Part shown: piece by piece, positions 62,748-64,000 of the stretch
Numbering within the stretch: position 1 is the stretch's first letter
How the letters are laid out: each line of letters begins with the position of its first letter
DNA from: an uncultured archaeon
GTDB lineage: Archaea > Asgardarchaeota > Thorarchaeia > Thorarchaeales > Thorarchaeaceae
Assembly (NCBI GenBank): GCA_964631415.1
Contig: CAZVZC010000005.1
Location: 2,018 to 66,017 of the forward strand
Direction: 5' to 3'
Length of the DNA stretch: 64,000 bases
Notes under the pieces: generated by a model
What the model saw: the letters and a program-made list of their open reading frames with translations, nothing else
What the model was told of the DNA's origin: nothing
Database searches by the model: none
Program-made: the position numbers and the translations under genes

Positions 62748-63941
62748 ATGTCTCGGGACTATGTTGAGGACGAGCTAAGCCGACACAGTGTGTTCAAGTC
62801 AGAGCAATTCCTGTCTGTCGACTATGTCCCTGAAATACTTCCTCATCGCGAATTGGAGCTGAGAGCTCTAGCTCAGAGCTTCAAGACAATCATAACATCA
62901 CCCGGTCGGACCAGCCAGAGATTCATCGTGGAGGGGCCTGTTGGCACTGGAAAGACAGCAGTGACTAAGAGGTTCTCGGAGCAAATGGTCCAAGCGGCCA
63001 ACAGAAGAGGCATTCGGTTGCACAAACTGCATATCAACTGCCGAGTGAACAAAACTACTAACCTAATCTACATGAAGATGCTTCGTGAGTTTAAGCCGAT
63101 GTTTCCTCGTAGAGGGCACTCGCCTGCCGAAATCCTCCAAATGGTCTTAGAGGTTCTCGACTCTGAAGACGAGTATCTCCTATTGATATTGGATGAGCTT
63201 GACTATTTCATTAGACAGAGGGGCACAGACATACTCTATGACCTCACGCGACTTATGGACGACCGACTCAATGCCCCACAAAGGATCTCAATGATTGGAG
63301 TGGGACGAAACATCTCAGTTGACGAGAGTATGTTCGATCATAGTATCCTCAGCACTCTCCAGCGCAACATCTCACACTTCGACAAATACGACTCTGAGGC
63401 GCTGCACGACATTCTGAGAGACCGTGTCATGTTGGCATTTGAGCCGAACACGGTCATGGACGAGGCTCTCCAAGTCATATCCGACATAGCATCCGAGCGC
63501 GGCGATGCAAGGTATGCTATTGAGCTATTGTGGCGTGCAGGCAAGCAAGCCGATCGCGAGGGCTCTAAGGCAGTTTATCCAGACTACGTACGTCAGGCCA
63601 AGGCCGACACACACCCTGAGCTGAGGAAGGAGGTCTTCACCTCTCTCCCGCTACAGACCAAACTTCTCTTGCTGGCTGCAAGCAGGCATCTGAAGGAGAT
63701 TCGTAGTGCCTATGCGACGATAGGAGAGGTGGAGGACATGTATCACACAGTGTGCGAAGAATATGGACAAGAGCCAAGAGCACACACCCAAGTCTGGCAG
63801 TGGGTCCAAGACCTCAGTGCTCATGGAGTAGTCGACACAAAGCGGTCTGGACAAGGTCAGAGGGGCCAGACTACGCTCATTGGTCTTTCGGACGTTCCTG
63901 CGGACATGCTTGAACGTTTCCTTGTAGATCTGCTCAAGTGA
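62748..63941 (+). CDS. cdc6: Orc1/Cdc6 replication initiator
   Basis: 397 aa. VDYVPEILPHRELELRAL, Walker A GPVGTGKTA, Walker B LILDELD, GDARYAIELL and a C-terminal winged helix. Confidence 0.9.
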   Translation: MSRDYVEDELSRHSVFKSEQFLSVDYVPEILPHRELELRALAQSFKTIITSPGRTSQRFIVEGPVGTGKTAVTKRFSEQMVQAANRRGIRLHKLHINCRVNKTTNLIYMKMLREFKPMFPRRGHSPAEILQMVLEVLDSEDEYLLLILDELDYFIRQRGTDILYDLTRLMDDRLNAPQRISMIGVGRNISVDESMFDHSILSTLQRNISHFDKYDSEALHDILRDRVMLAFEPNTVMDEALQVISDIASERGDARYAIELLWRAGKQADREGSKAVYPDYVRQAKADTHPELRKEVFTSLPLQTKLLLLAASRHLKEIRSAYATIGEVEDMYHTVCEEYGQEPRAHTQVWQWVQDLSAHGVVDTKRSGQGQRGQTTLIGLSDVPADMLERFLVDLLK

Positions 63942-64000
63942 CTATAGGAGGATGCTTGAATCATTATGAATCCCGCTTCTGGTCTGCGAATACCGATTGA

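Noticed and set aside
1-64000. Inteins, CRISPR arrays, rRNA genes, intact IS elements or integrases
   Set aside because: The large conserved proteins (GatE, PAN, GlmS, HypF, IorA, Orc1) have normal lengths and show no insert-like segments. No direct-repeat/spacer arrays and no transposase or integrase motifs were seen in any long ORF.

Overview
The window is an archaeal chromosomal segment. Supporting genes are TFB, TFE-alpha, MBF1, NAC, PAN, GatD/GatE, Orc1/Cdc6, an Rpb8/Rpo8-like subunit, IorAB, A-type ATPase subunit D and EndA. I call about 55 protein genes, 7 tRNA genes and one structured ncRNA that may be RNase P RNA. I saw no rRNA, no CRISPR array and no intact transposase or integrase. 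Most genes are housekeeping: pgk, rpiA, mtnA, glmS, rps10, isopentenyl phosphate kinase, hypF, ADP-forming acetyl-CoA synthetase, a GH1 beta-glucosidase and a split saccharopine-pathway pair. The main observations are as follows. (1) A 48.2-61.4 kb locus combines a 1274-aa membrane-anchored HerA/FtsK/VirB4-class ATPase, a type IV pilus/T2SS-type ATPase, a small class-III-signal-like protein and two very large Ig-repeat surface proteins. No membrane platform protein is visible. This is my best candidate for an undescribed surface or translocation system. (2) Six of the seven tRNA genes carry bulge-helix-bulge (BHB) introns, and four of those introns sit at non-canonical positions (D-loop, 10/11 and 53/54 twice). 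The only EndA gene in the window lacks the catalytic histidine at the aligned position. (3) One 480-bp intergenic region contains a dense array of the octamer ATTCACAC. (4) A membrane protein carries 11 tandem 15-nt (pentapeptide) Pro/Gly repeats and a C-terminal amphipathic helix. (5) An orphan region at 26-32.6 kb holds an AAA+/RHH pair, unknown proteins and gene debris. All functional calls come from reading motifs in the supplied translations and from memory of protein families. No database search was run.
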